A stretch of 64,000 bases of DNA. It comes from Eledone cirrhosa (taxonomy: Eukaryota). The notes below the pieces were generated by a model. That model was not told the DNA's origin, did not search any database, and saw only the letters and a list, made by a program, of their open reading frames with translations. Within the stretch, counting starts at the first letter, position 1, and each line of letters starts with the position of its first letter. The DNA lies in the NCBI GenBank assembly GCA_964016885.1, contig OZ024745.1:71734001-71798000 (forward strand), written 5' to 3'. Below are positions 24,401-37,016 of this stretch, one piece after another. The translations under genes were made by a program, and so were the position numbers.

Positions 24401-27400
24401 TCTACACGTGCAGCCAAAGTACTTTTAGCCGCAACAAACTTGGCTGCAGTTTTTCTTAAATCCTGACAAAAGAAATTAAAATTTTTAAAGAAATGTTGCA
24501 TCAGAAGAGCTGATAAATTCCCAAAGAATATCAAAACAGGACTCTTCAGTTTTGTTAAAGGAACAACAGTCACCATAGTGTTGGTACTATGATAAAATGC
24601 ACCCAGTACACTCTGTAAAGTGATTGGTGATTCAAAGGACATCCAGCAATAGAAAACTTGCCCCTCAAAAAAGACAGTTCAGAGGACTCTTTAAAGACAT
24701 AACAACCTCATTAGTGCTGGTGTTATGATAAAGTGCACCCAGTACACTCTGTTGAGTGTGGGAACCTATATAAGTAAGATGTGGCCTCTGAGAGGTCAAT
24801 AGCTCCCTTTAAGTACTTACTTGGTCTGTGATGACTCATCCAACCCTTGCTAGAAGGAAAACAGATGGTAAATATTGATGGTTATTAGGTATCTTAATTA
24901 TCATACAACAATGGAATGGATTTCTGTTGGATTTGATGATGGGTGTTCCAGTTGGTAGATCAAAAGTATAGCTGGATCATGAAATTAATGTGGAAATGGC
25001 CAAACATTCCAGACATGAACCCATAAGATAATTCTTAGAGAACATGACACAGATAGTCTATGTGATGGGCTTCCAAACAGTTTCTGTCAACCCAGTGTCA
25101 CTCACAAGGCTCGGGTTGACTCAAACTTTTTGTAAAGACACTTGCCCAAGATGTCATGCAGTGTGATCAAACCCAAGACCTTACAATTGCTAAGTGAACT
25201 TCTTAACTGTTTGGCCATATTGCATCCATTATACAACAATACAGTTTAGTTCATGTTTTAAATAAAAGGGAAAATATTGTAAAAAAATTCAAAAGAAAAC
25301 CTACTAGTGGTGTTTTGGTGCAAATTTCACATTGATAAATAAAGCCTGTATGAGGCATAATAGCAGCAGTGGAGAAACCAGAGAGAGTTTTCTTCTGAGC
25401 ACCAAGAACTAAAAGATTACAGGCAGGCATCTTTGAAAGGTTGGTTAAACCACCAGCAACACCTGTAAAATGAAAGATTTGATACATTTTTAATTCAGCA
25501 AAACTAAGCAGGTTGTCAAAGAATGTGTCGTCCTTTCATACTGACTAAGATTTTTAAATAAGAATTTTGAAATCAGGAATTTAGTAATATAACTAATTTT
25601 TTTCATTATTAAGATGGTGTTTAGAACATAACAAAAGTTTTTACATTAAATTTGATTGAAGGTTTTAATTCAAATATAAACACTTCAAAATAAGCAGCTA
25701 ATATCATCAACTCAAGGATAGTTTCAGGTAGGTTGTTATCAAAAAGGGGGTTATTTGTAATATTCTATACTTTTATCTGAGAAGAAACATGTTTACAATG
25801 TGACAGTATAACAGGAGAACAATTTCATTGGCATTATCATAAAAGAATGAGAGCAGTGGATTGGTAGTATTGGTAGAGTGTTGGACACCATGCTTGGTGG
25901 CATAGAGTTACAGCCATTTACATTATTCCAAATCCTGCCGAGGTTAGCTTTGAATTTCATCCTTATGGGGTCGATAAAATAAAGTACCAGTAATGCACTG
26001 GGGTCAATTTAATCGACTTTTCCCTCCCACCAAAATTATTGGCTTTGTGCCTAAATCAGAAACCATCATCATAAAAGAATGGATTTTGCACAATGAATTG
26101 TGAGATATTGGATTTTGTGCTTATATTAGACATAAATAAAATTTAAATCATCGACTCTATGAACTATTTTTATCTGTGCTTTGTTTTTTATATGTATACC
26201 AATGTTACATATCCATTGGAGCATGCTTATTTTGTTTTTATTCACTTAATATTTGGACTTCTAAGATTAATGTAGTTACAGAAATTGCCAAAGAAAACAT
26301 CCTTACCCATCAATTTAGCAGCTATTGAAGCCCCAACAATAGTAGAGATGTTGGGTGCAATAAAGCTCATCCGAGACTCAACATAGTGGAAAATACGTTG
26401 TTTGTAATCATTCAAATCAATAGCCTAGTTGACAAAAAAAAAAAAATCAAATGTTAAATATGTTAACAAAATTACAAAAACTGATATATCATCATTGTTT
26501 AACATCTATTTTCAATGCTTGCATGGGTTAGACAGGTTGTCCCGTTATTAGACAAGTCAGGTCAGGTGGCCACATCTTGCTTATATAGATGATAAAGAGT
26601 TTAAAAGTTTTATTTAACATTTATATATCATATCACTAAGTCAGTGGTCATAACCTTTTTCAGGGTCTCTGAGATAAGTGAGAGGGAGGAAGGAAGTTAT
26701 CTACAAACGAATTGGACTAAATGCTTCATCATCATCTAACGTTCATTTTCCACACTAGCATGGGTTAGACAAGCTGTCTCGTGAGTCAAGCCAACTCAGA
26801 TGACCGTGTTTTGCTCGTAACATAAAATATGTTCCAAGAAATTTTACTATAACTGTTAATTCTAAATGAATTAGAACTAATAAATCAATTTTTCCTACAT
26901 TAAGTGAATATTAAAATAAAGAAGTTACAATGATAGAATAGTATAAAATAAACGTGTATTTAGTTTGGTTCAATTTTCGTTGTCGCCCAGTCTACCCCGA
27001 GGGTGGTCATGCTGATGACAAGACAAAAAGCACCCAGTTTGTTCCCCTCCCTATCTCACTTCATTCTCTTTCTTCTTTCCCTTTCCTCTTTTTTTGTTTC
27101 ATTTAAATATTAGTATTTTTGTCTAACTTTACAATGTTATTTTGAAAAATAATTAATAATTTGTACCAATTTAGTAATATTACTAAGTTTCTCATTATTA
27201 AGTGGGTGAAAATTATGATGGAAGATTTTTTTTAGATAAATACAAACATTTTAAGACAAACAGTTTTGCATTGTAAAAGCAGGGATAGTTTGGTATCAGA
27301 TGTGTTGGAAGTTATCAAGCAATGATATATTCATATGCAATACTTAAGGTATGAACCAAAGTTAATACAGTCTTTTGTTACACTATATAAAAATACATTT

Positions 27401-30400
27401 TATTGAAACATCATTATCATCATCATCATTACTTAATGTCAATTTTCCGTGCTAGCATGGGTTAGATAAGTTGTTCCGTTGTGAGACAAGTCAAACAGAA
27501 ACTGATTTTAGCTTGGTTTCTAGGGTTGGATGCCTTTCCTAACACCAACCACATTTACAGTGTGTAGTAGGTGCTTTTTATCTTGGCACCAAAACGACCA
27601 CTTTACAGTGGGGGCTGGGTATTTGTTCTTGCGAGACCTACATGACCACTCTACAGTGTGAACTGGGTACCTCTTGTTGTGACACCAAAACGACCACTTT
27701 ACAGTGTGAGCTGGAAACTTTTTGTTGTGACACCTACACAACCACTTTAGTGTGAACTGGGCACTTTTTGTCATGTCAACCATAAAAAAAATTAAACTGC
27801 TTTACCATGTCACATGCTTCAATTACACGATCCATTTCTTCAACTGTTAATTCAGTCCTGGAATTGAGAAGAGAGAAAAAAAACAATATGCATAAATAAA
27901 AAGATTATTACTATAATCTTAAACAGAAGTTGAATCAGTTGTTCCTAATATTTAATATTTTTATATGAATTATGCACAAAATCAATATTTGTTTTTGGAG
28001 ATTATATTTATAATGAAAAATACTGCCTATAATTTTCAAATAATTTTGAAAAGGATAAAAAAATTTGAAGGGATTTAATAATATAACTTTCTCATCATTA
28101 ATCCGGTGTTTGGAACATTAGAAAGGTAGAAACTATGATGAAAGGTTTTCATCCCATGCTAGCATGGAAGAATGGACGTAAAACAGTGATGATGATAAAC
28201 ACAAAAACACTTTAAAACAAACAGTTTTGTTTCATAGTGGTTTGGAATTAAAAGTGTTAAGAACATTTCTGGGTCATTTCTAGGTACTTTTCAGCCTGGG
28301 CTACATCAGGTGTTCTGCCAGTGTAAAATATCAGTTGCAATAATTTATAAAATGTCTAACATTCTTCTATAGTGATTAGATCAAACTATGAAGAACATTA
28401 TCACCTATATTGAATCAATAAAAGTTTGTCTGTTTTGTTTATCTACCTTAGCATAAATAGGCAGAGACTTAGCTGTGTGGTTAAGAAGTTCACTTTGCAA
28501 CCATATGGTTTCAGCTTTGATCCCACTGCATGGCATGTTGGACAAGTCTCTTCTACTAATGTCTGGAGAGAGAAACTTTAGTAAACAGAAACTGTGCACA
28601 CGCACTCATATACATGCAGTTTGTTTGCATGAGTGTGTTTATGTTGATTCTGTTTGAGCAACTGGCAACGTTTGTTTATGTCCTGCAGTTCATCAGGTAA
28701 AGATCAGTGATATAAGCACAAAGCTTAAAAAGTAAGAGATGGCATCAAGAAGGGTATCTGGTCATAAAATAATGCCTCAAAATAAATCTTGCCCAACCTA
28801 TGCCAGAATGGAAAAGTGGATGTAAAAACAATGAGGGCTGATGATGAATGATTATTTTTCACCAAAGAAACAGTTATTACCCTTGTGTTGTAGAAGATGT
28901 TACACTAACAACCATCAATGTGGCAGGGGTTAAAATTTCTTGCAATATTTCATTGCTTTTTGATTTCTCCAGAATGTTGTTTCCCAATTCCTGCAAAAGA
29001 CAAAAATCTGTGTTAAAAAAGAGGCTACAGACGACATCAAAAACAAATAATTTTAATAATTTCTCTTGCAGAAGATGTATTGAAAGTAATATTTTCATTA
29101 TCTACCTCTGCTATGTAATAAATATAACACTAATTGTTTCTATTTTATTCTTTTACATTCTGAGTTGAAATCCTGCTGAGGTTAGCTTTGCCTTTCATCC
29201 TTATGCAGCAGTGCTGAGGTACTGCTTTGAAGAGATTTACTCAACAATATTGAGGACCTCAAAGCTAACCCCTGCTTTAGCAAGGAAAATGGCCTTAAAA
29301 TACTTGTAGTGTTGTTGTAAAAGGACAATGTCTAATAATATGAGAATAATGTTACAAATGATTACTATTCAAGAAAGAGCAATAATTTTGACTCAAAACT
29401 TTAACCCTTTAGCATTTAAATCGGCCATATCCGGCCACAATTCTCCCAACTCTTTCTCTTCAAACTGGTTGTAACCGGTTGTTCATACTTATGTTAATAA
29501 GTATCAAAATCTCGTAGATTCGATTATGTGAGATAAAGCCTTTACTGTGAAAATACAATAGTAAATATAGAGTAATGTAAATGCTAAAGGTAATGAAAGA
29601 TGCAAACCAGAAAGTACATTCTGGAAGAGTGATGTCAATGAAATCATCCCTAAAATATTTGGAAGAATAATGAAACTTACTTTTACAGTTTTTACATATT
29701 CCATTGGAGTAGGAATGAGTGATTCCAATTCTGGGAAACGTTTTGCATAGTGATCTCTGGTAAACTTATGGATAACATCTGTTCATGAAGTAGATTACAA
29801 AAAAAAAAATTTTTTTTTACCTTTATAGAAAGTATTTACCATATGAAACAACATTAGTAAGGCATTTTTGAAAAATACAAGACAGCACAATGACTGTATC
29901 CCATTAACTCTTAACGTCCTGTACCATATGAAACCACATTAGTAAGGCATTTTTGAAAAATACAAGACAGCACTATGACTGTATCACATTAACTCCATTG
30001 TCTGGTACTTTATTTTATCAACCTCAGTGGTATTTGAATTCAGCACACAGAGAGTTAGAACAAATCCCAAAACATATTCCATCTGACACTCTAATGATTC
30101 TGCCATTTTCCTGAGTCAACATCACCCCAATCCATGCCACATTATCACTACACCACACCACCACCATCATCATCATTACAACAGCACCATCACCACCACC
30201 ATCATCAACACTACAACCAAGAATAGCATCATCACTACACCACACTGCCACCACCACCACCACCACCAGCATCATCATCAACACTACAACAAACAACAGC
30301 ACTATGACTACTACACGACGATGACCACCACCACAATCACCACTACATCACACCACCACCACACCACCACAATCACCACTACATCACAGCACCACCACAA

Positions 30401-33400
30401 TCACCACATCACACCACCACCACAATCACCACTACATCACACCACCACCACAATCACCATTACATCACACCACCACCACAATCACCACATCACACCACCA
30501 CCACAATCACCACTACATCACACCACCACCACAATCACCATTACATCACACCACCACCACAATCACCACTACATCACACCACCACAATCACCACTACATC
30601 ACACCACCACCACAATCACCACTACATCACACCACCACCACAATCACCACATCACACCACCACCACAATCACCACTACATCACACCACCACCACAATCAC
30701 CACATCACACCACCACCACAACCACCACTATATCACACCACCACCACCACCACACCACTACATCACAGCACCACCACAATCACCACATCACACCACCACC
30801 ACAATCACCACATCACACCACCACCACAATCACCACTACATCACACCACCACCACAATCACCACCACAATCACCACTACATCACACCACCACCACAATCA
30901 CCACATCACACCACCACCACAACCACCACTACATCACACCACCACCACAATCACCACCACAACCACCACTATATCACACCACCACCACCACCACACCACT
31001 ACATCACAGCACCACCACAATCACCACATCACACCACCACCACAATCACCACATCACACCACCACCACAATCACCACTACATCACACCACCACCACCACA
31101 ATCACCACTACATCACACCACCACCACAATCACCACATCACACCACCACCACAACCACCACTATATCACACCACCACCACCACCACACCACTACATCACA
31201 GCACCACCACAATCACCACATCACACCACCACCACAATCACCACATCACACCACCACTACATCACACCACCACCACAATCACCACTACATCACACCACCA
31301 CCACAATCACCACTACATCACACCACCACCACAATCACCATTACATCACACCACCACCACAATCACCACTACATCACAGCACCACCACAATCACCACATC
31401 ACACCACCACCACAATCACCACATCACACCACCACCACAATCACCACTACATCACACCACCACCACAATCACCACTACATCACACCACCACCACAACCAC
31501 CACTATATCACACCACCACCACCACCACACCACTACATCACAGCACCACCACAATCACCACATCACACCACCACCACAATCACCACATCACACCACCACC
31601 ACAATCACCACTATATCACACCACCACCACAACCACCATCATCATCAACACCTTCCCAGTTCATGTCAACAAAAAGAAGGAAACCAAAATAACTCACTGA
31701 TTTCTGTATCTATTTCAACTGTCATGTTATTGGCTTCGACAATGAGTTTATATTCTGGGTCTGCTTCAACTGGACCACTGACTGTGAAGTAAAATTAATT
31801 CAATATTACAGTGCTATATAGTAAATGACAGAAACAAAATACAGTGTGTTCACTTTTTACGCAAAGATGCATTCGTGAACATGGCGCGTAAAGCAAATTC
31901 ACGTACTTTAAGTCTAATTTCGCCATTTGGTGCCTTGCATGATGCACATGGTGAAAATGAAGGCTATAGAAAAATACAAAGTCTGACAAAGGTAAATTTG
32001 ACGAAGTACAGTATTTACATATTGTAATTGCTTTCAGCTTCTGTGCCAATGAATACAGAGAGAGAGATACTCTTTGCAATAAGAACAACAATAATAATAA
32101 TTCAATACAGCACCCAGGACCGTCAGTGGAGCTAGACAGAAACAATTGAATAAAAATGCAACTCTAATATATACTATATTATTATTTCTGATGATTTCCT
32201 TTGTCAATTCTATTGTTATGTTATATTTCTGATAAATAAAAAAAATTAAAAACCACATGTTATAGCGCGCAAAGCGAATATTTAAGAATAGTTTTTCAAG
32301 AGGCGTTAAAGCAAATTCGCGTAAAAAGCAAACAGACTGTACTTTGAATAAACTGACATTGGTTACTTGCATCCCTTTCATCATCATCATCACAGTTTAA
32401 CATCTATTTTCCATGCTGGCATGTGTTAGACAGGGTGTAACATTGCGAAGTTAGACAGATCAAATGACTATTTCTTGCTCATGTCATGAATTTGGCATAG
32501 TTTTCTATGGCTGGATGCTCTTCCTAATGCCAACACTTTACAGTGTATACTGGGAACATTTTTCATGACATCAACACTAACTGCTTTAAAGGTGCAGGAC
32601 AACAACCTCATTGTTAGATTGATATTTGTAGGCAGAATAACTTAATGGATAATGTTTAGGATTAACAGTTTATGGATAATCAACTGAAATGTCATCAGAT
32701 TAACATATTTTCAGTTTATAATTTTTTAAAACATACTTTCATATTTACCTGAACATCAAAATCGACCTTACAATGAAAAGCCTCTACTTGGTAATGTGAT
32801 CTGCTAGAAATAACAGTGAAATCTATCAAATCAAACCTCATGTTCTTAAATCATATGTGCTTGTGCAGGAATGATTGAACTTGCTAGTTTAAAAGCACAA
32901 ATTGTTTTAATAGTAATAAAAGAATTAAAGCAGGATACAGCATTTTAATCCTTTCATTACCATATTTCTATTGAAAGATACTGCCTGTGATTTTCAAATA
33001 GTTTTGAAAATAATCAAGAATTTGAAGGATTTAGTAAAACAGGCAAATTTTCTCCTTGTTAAGCTGGTGTTTGGAACATTAACAATAGCATAATAAAACT
33101 ATATAAACAGCTTAGTAATATAGAATAAGGGGTGGTTTCAAGTGGTTAGGTATCAAAAGGTTTAAAGAGTGAAGAGTGGTTCCATCTGAATATGTATGTT
33201 TAGAAGCAATGATGCCTAAGTCATTAACGTACACTAAGGAAAGAGTATGGAGGATATAAGAGAATTTTTGAGGTGTATTAGAGTTAGAATTTCGATTGGC
33301 GAGAGCCTATCAACTCAAGCTGCAATAGAATAGTATAAGAAACTGCCTGTATGCATATTTATATATGTGTCATCATCATCATCATCATCGCCGTTTTACT

Positions 33401-36400
33401 TTCGTTCTTCCACGCTAGCATGGGTTAGACGGGTTGTCCTGTTGTGGGCAGTGTCCAGTCGGCTGACCTTGTCTTGCTCATACAGGAACTGATTCTGGCT
33501 TGATTTCTACAGCTGGATGCCCTTCCTAACACCAACCTCATTTACAGTGAGTGCTGGGTGCTTTTTTTCCGTGGCGCCTACACGTCCACTTTACAGTGTG
33601 GGCTGGGTGCTTTTTTTGCCATGGCACCTCTACGACCACTTTGCAGTGGGAGGGCATGGGGGCATATTGTCTATATGCTTCAGCTTCGGCTTGTTCCCAT
33701 GGGAAGTAAGGGTCTTCTGTATTACTGTGACGCCAGAGGTCACAATCGTGTGTCATCGCCCTTGAGAGGTGCAATTTGGTAAGGTCGGCTTTTATCACCT
33801 CATCCCAGGTCTTCTTGGGTCTCCCCACTCCGCGGCCTCCATCGACTTCTAGTGCTCTGCACCTTTTTATGTAGCTGTCATCCTTCATACGCATCACATG
33901 TCCATACCAACGCAACCTCCTCTCCTGCACACAGCATTTGATTCCTCTTATGCTCAGTTTATCTCTCAGTTCGTTTATGCTTTGCCGTTCGCGTATATTA
34001 CTATGACATATCCATTGGAACATGCAAGCTTCGTTTCTTTCTAATTTACGCAAGTCTTCTACAGACAGCGCCCAGGTCTCACTACCATGTAACATTGCTG
34101 TTCGTATACACGCATCATACAGTCTGCTTTTCATTTTGAGGGAAAAGCCTTTTGCAGCTAGCAGTGGCAGTAGATCCCTAAACTTCTTCCATCACGTTCT
34201 TACCCTAGTTATTGTACTTTCCGAACACCCACCTCCGCTATTAATTCGGTCACCTAGGTAGCAGAAGCTGTCTACTGTTTCTACAGAATCCTCCCAGAGT
34301 TTGGTGGTGCTTGTTTCCTGTGGCCATTTGCTGCTTGCTGTCCCAGCGCAACTGCTACATATGAAGCCTACATTTTTAGTTAAGCTTTCTGAGATCCCAT
34401 TACATCTCTTGTGTACCCATTGTTTGCATTTGGGGCAGAGGATGGAGTTCCTACCTACACCTTTCCTACATACTGAGCAAGGCCATTTCCCTGAGGAGAT
34501 CTGGGTTCTGTTTTCTCGTCTACTTACAAGGACCTTAGTCTTTGTCAGGTTGACTTTGAGACCCTCTCTTTCTAGTCCCTGCTTCTATGTTTGGAATTTC
34601 TTCTTCATCCGCATATAGGAGTTGCCATGGGCATCCTAAACTCCTTTGTTATTGCCTGCAAAACTATAATGAACAGGAGAGGGCTAAGAACAGAGCCCTG
34701 GTGGACACCAACCTGTATGCTAAATTCCTCGCTATAGTCATTGCTAACCCTAACTTTGCTGACTGCTCCTCTATACATGGCTTGTACAGCTTTCACAAGC
34801 CATTCATCTACTCCTAATTTTCTAAGAGCCCACCAGATTATAGCACGGGGTTCTCTGTCGAAGGTTTTTTCCAGATCGACGAATGCCAGTTAGAGCGGCT
34901 TACTTTTAGCTAGGTACTTTTCCTGTAACTGCCTCACAAGGAAGAGGGCATCAGTGGTGCCTTTTCCTGGTACAAACCCAAATTGCATCTCATCTAGTTT
35001 TACCTGGTCCCTAATCAACTGTGGTATAACTTGAGGTAGTGCTAGTGCCACGATAATAAGACCCAAGTCTACCCTGTAGGTGGTAATGCTATTGCCATGA
35101 GAAAAGCTAACAGTTCATACGGTAAGGTGGTGGTGCCAGAGTCATGATAAAACACTTCTAGTACACACTATAAAGCAGTTGGTATTATAGAAGGCATCCA
35201 CTCATAGAAACCAAGCCTAAAGCAGAATGTATGAGCAGGATTTAGTCACCGGACCAGCCTCACTACATGACAGCCCATCTAACCCATGCAAATATGGAAA
35301 ATAGATGTTAAACAATGATGTTGATATCCCAGCATTTCATAAGTGGCAACTAAAAAGGTTGGAGCCAGCAAGGGTATTTAGTTGTAAAACATTGCCTTGA
35401 AAAGAACGTCAATCATGCAGCACGCAGAGTTAATCCCTGTTTTATTGGGGTAAATGGTTTTTTAACACATGTATATGATTGTAACCTTTCTGTGTATTAA
35501 TTTTTGAATAAGAATAAATAATTGAAACTTACCTCCATCTTTCCGTTGCATTGTAGAAAATTTTTCAATCTCTTGCAAGACATATTTCAGCTTGAAATAA
35601 CAATAGAAACAGTTTAATTATTCCTGATTTATTATTAAAATATTGAGAATTTAATGATTTAGATAAAAGGGTAGAATATTATAGTAAATTGTCTTGTCTT
35701 TTTAATGAGGTGGACTGAGTGGTTTTTGTTGTTACCAGCACAACCCCCTTATAAGGGTGGACTGGGCACTTTTTGTCATGATACAAGCACAACCACTTGA
35801 CAGGGTATTCAAAATAAATGACATTAATTTTAATTTATCAATATGTTGTGCCCACAAACTCTAGACATGTGAAAACAGGAATTCAACTGTCTTAATTCCT
35901 GTTTCACCATGTCTAAGGTCCTTAGGCCTGCAATATAGATAAAGTAAAATGAATGTACAGATATTTTAGATAGTAAAGAAAAATTTCTTCATTGTTGATG
36001 CTTTCGTCAACTCACATAATAATAGTTGTTTCTCCTTATTGGCACAAGGCCAGCAATTTGGAGGGACAGGGAAAGTCAATTAAATCGATCCCAGAAGGAT
36101 GAAAGACAAAGTTAACCTTAACGGGATTTGAATTCAGAATGTAAAGAGCTGAAACAAATATAATTAAACATTTGTAGGACTCTGCCAATCCACTGCGTTC
36201 TTAATAATAATAATTGTTTCTACTTTTGGCACAAGGCCAGCAATTACCCAGTACATTACTGGTACTTTATTTTATCGACCCCCGTAAGGATGAAAGGTAA
36301 AGTGAACTCAGACCGCAAAGGGCCGTAACTCTATGCTGCAAAGCATGGCGTCCAACACTCTACCAATACTGCCAATATAAATGGTTTCTAATTTGGCACA

Positions 36401-37016
36401 ATGACAGAAATTTGTGGGTTAAGTTGATTAAACTAACACCAATAATTGACTGGTACTTTTTTTTATCAACCAAGACAAAGTTGACCTTGAACAGATAATA
36501 ATAATCCTACTCCCATCACAGAAATTGAATGGAAGTATAATAATAATGTTGACAGCTGTTCATAGCTTCAATATGTTTAACCCTTTAGCATTTATGTTGC
36601 TCTATATTTACTATTGTATTTTTGTGCTAAAGGCTTTATCTCACATAATATAGAGTCTATGAGATTTTGATATTATTTATTTTAAGAGTAATACCTTAAT
36701 GTAGGTATGAGTGGCCAGTTACGGCTGGTTTGGACAGAAAGAGGTGAGAGAATTCAGGCTAGATATGGCCGGTTTAAATGCTAAAGGGTTAATATTTCTA
36801 GCAGGCTTTAAACTAAAAATAATAATTCAATTAATATAAATTATGAACCTCTGTGCTATCTCTGAGCTTGGCAACACTGCGCACAGAATGTTTGGTATTG
36901 TCAACTTCCATAACTGTATCAGATACTTCGGTGACATCTTCTTGTTCTATGTCTTGAGTTTCTAAGTTTTCTCCACTCTCTTCTAAATCAGCCAACAATT
37001 CATCTGCTAGAGACAT
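9341..37016 (-). CDS. PRPF31: Pre-mRNA processing factor 31 (U4/U6.U5 tri-snRNP protein), 13 coding exons, 489 aa
   Basis: Spliced translation: MSLADELLADLEE...GPVEADPEYKLIVEANN...HKFTRDHYAKRFPELESLI...YVESRMSFIAPN...GVAGGLTNLSKMPACN...AARVDSFHES...RKKRGGRR...IEEDAYQEDLGFSLG...GTASSVAFTPLQGLEIVNPQAAE...KDQ*. NOSIC, Nop and Prp31_C motifs. Exon lengths 168+58+84+98+110+52+118+158+218+73+129+99+105=1470. Confidence 0.97.
9472..10640. repeat. 51-bp minisatellite, 23 units
   Basis: GACTGTGAAAAGATGAAAGACCATGACCCAGTATTGGTATTTTATATTATA repeated; two units lack 2 bp. Confidence 0.97.
10643..13325 (+). mobile_element. RTE LINE copy 1, 5'-truncated and dead (antisense to PRPF31)
   Basis: APE motifs YAPQ and GDFNGHVG; RT GVHQGSVLSPLLF; stops and frameshifts; (GAT)n tail. 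Confidence 0.93.
13495..13766. repeat. 67-bp tandem array, 4 units, derived from the PRPF31 exon 12 3' end and donor
   Basis: CCTGGAGA(G/A) at 13523, 13590, 13657 and 13724, each followed by a copy of GTGTGAATGCCACACTGGATG; matches 18139-18172. Confidence 0.93.
13767..18054 (-). mobile_element. RTE LINE copy 2, apparently full length, frameshifted
   Basis: 5' UTR; APE (NVGTL, IQETRW, YAPQ); RT (FVDLEKAFD, YADD); PHD-like Cys cluster; (GAT)n tail; possible CTCAT TSD. Confidence 0.94.
18083..18133 (+). mobile_element. About 50-bp RTE 3'-tail insertion next to the exon 12 donor
   Basis: GTCTAACCCATGCTAGCATGGAAGAACGGACGTAAAACGGTGATGATGATG flanked by ACTC on both sides. Confidence 0.8.
18140..18238 (-). 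CDS. PRPF31: PRPF31 coding exon 12 (QKLQKQNQVWGGSTTVKRQIAGTASSVAFTPLQ)
   Basis: ttttctacag/ ... /gtgagt; 99 nt. Confidence 0.95.
19064..19192 (-). CDS. PRPF31: PRPF31 coding exon 11 (IEEDAYQEDLGFSLG...KARISKTLQ)
   Basis: ttttactag/ ... /gtaaga; 129 nt. Confidence 0.95.
20255..20327 (-). CDS. PRPF31: PRPF31 coding exon 10 (ARKMKERLGLTEIRKLGNRMNFGE)
   Basis: ttttacag/ ... /gtgagt; 73 nt. Confidence 0.95.
20395..20815 (+). mobile_element. CR1-group LINE 3' fragment
   Basis: TRGHAYKIRKQ...RVAEAWNKL..SVV....ASFK C-terminal signature plus 3' UTR. Confidence 0.8.
21134..23560 (-). mobile_element. RTE LINE copy 3, 5'-truncated, with a 666-aa open RT frame (21440-23440)
   Basis: FVDLEKAFD, HQGSVLSPLLF, YADD, RWYGHVMRM; (GAT)n tail; endonuclease missing. 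Confidence 0.95.
24245..24462 (-). CDS. PRPF31: PRPF31 coding exon 9 (DLRKTAAK...RKKRGGR)
   Basis: ttttgtcag/ ... /gtaaga; 218 nt; includes the basic NLS-like motif. Confidence 0.95.
25305..25462 (-). CDS. PRPF31: PRPF31 coding exon 8 (GVAGGLTNLSKMPACN...CTKTPL)
   Basis: ttttacag/ ... /gtaggt; 158 nt; Nop domain. Confidence 0.95.
26307..26424 (-). CDS. PRPF31: PRPF31 coding exon 7 (AIDLNDYKQRIFHYVESRMSFIAPNISTIVGASIAAKLM)
   Basis: actag/ ... /gtaagg; 118 nt. Confidence 0.95.
27410..27780 (-). mobile_element. RTE 3' UTR fragment with about five ~44-bp tandem subrepeats
   Basis: CACTTTACAGTGTG..CTGGGT units as in RTE copies 3 and 4, plus (GAT)n tail. Confidence 0.75.
27806..27857 (-). CDS. 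PRPF31: PRPF31 coding exon 6 (TELTVEEMDRVIEACDM)
   Basis: ttccag/ ... /gtaaag; 52 nt. Confidence 0.92.
28881..28990 (-). CDS. PRPF31: PRPF31 coding exon 5 (ELGNNILEK...MVVSVTSSTTQG)
   Basis: ttttgcag/ ... /gtaata; 110 nt. Confidence 0.95.
29681..29778 (-). CDS. PRPF31: PRPF31 coding exon 4 (NVIHKFTRDHYAKRFPELESLIPTPMEYVKTVK)
   Basis: aacag/ ... /gtaagt; 98 nt; NOSIC motif. Confidence 0.95.
30140..31650. repeat. Complex (CAC/CAT/CAA)n satellite
   Basis: Mosaic of CACCACCACAATCACCACTACATCA units starting about 50 nt from the exon 3 donor. Confidence 0.95.
31698..31781 (-). CDS. PRPF31: PRPF31 coding exon 3 (VSGPVEADPEYKLIVEANNMTVEIDTEI)
   Basis: ttcacag/ ... /gtgagt; 84 nt. Confidence 0.95.
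33370..35031 (-). mobile_element. RTE LINE copy 4, 5'-truncated and dead
   Basis: RT C-terminal half plus tail; shares its lesions with copy 1. Confidence 0.93.
35533..35590 (-). CDS. PRPF31: PRPF31 coding exon 2 (LKYVLQEIEKFSTMQRKDG)
   Basis: ttcaag/ ... /gtaagt; 58 nt, phase 0 to 1. Confidence 0.88.
36849..37016 (-). CDS. PRPF31: PRPF31 coding exon 1 (MSLADELLADLEE...LRDSTE)
   Basis: ATG at 37016. Acceptor tttctag 9 nt upstream (exon starts 37025), which implies an unlocated non-coding first exon. Donor GAG/GTTCAT is weak. Confidence 0.92.

Noticed and set aside
30321-31700. 459-aa His/Thr/Pro-rich protein
   Set aside because: The CAC-rich satellite strand almost lacks stop codons; antisense intronic location; no other coding evidence.
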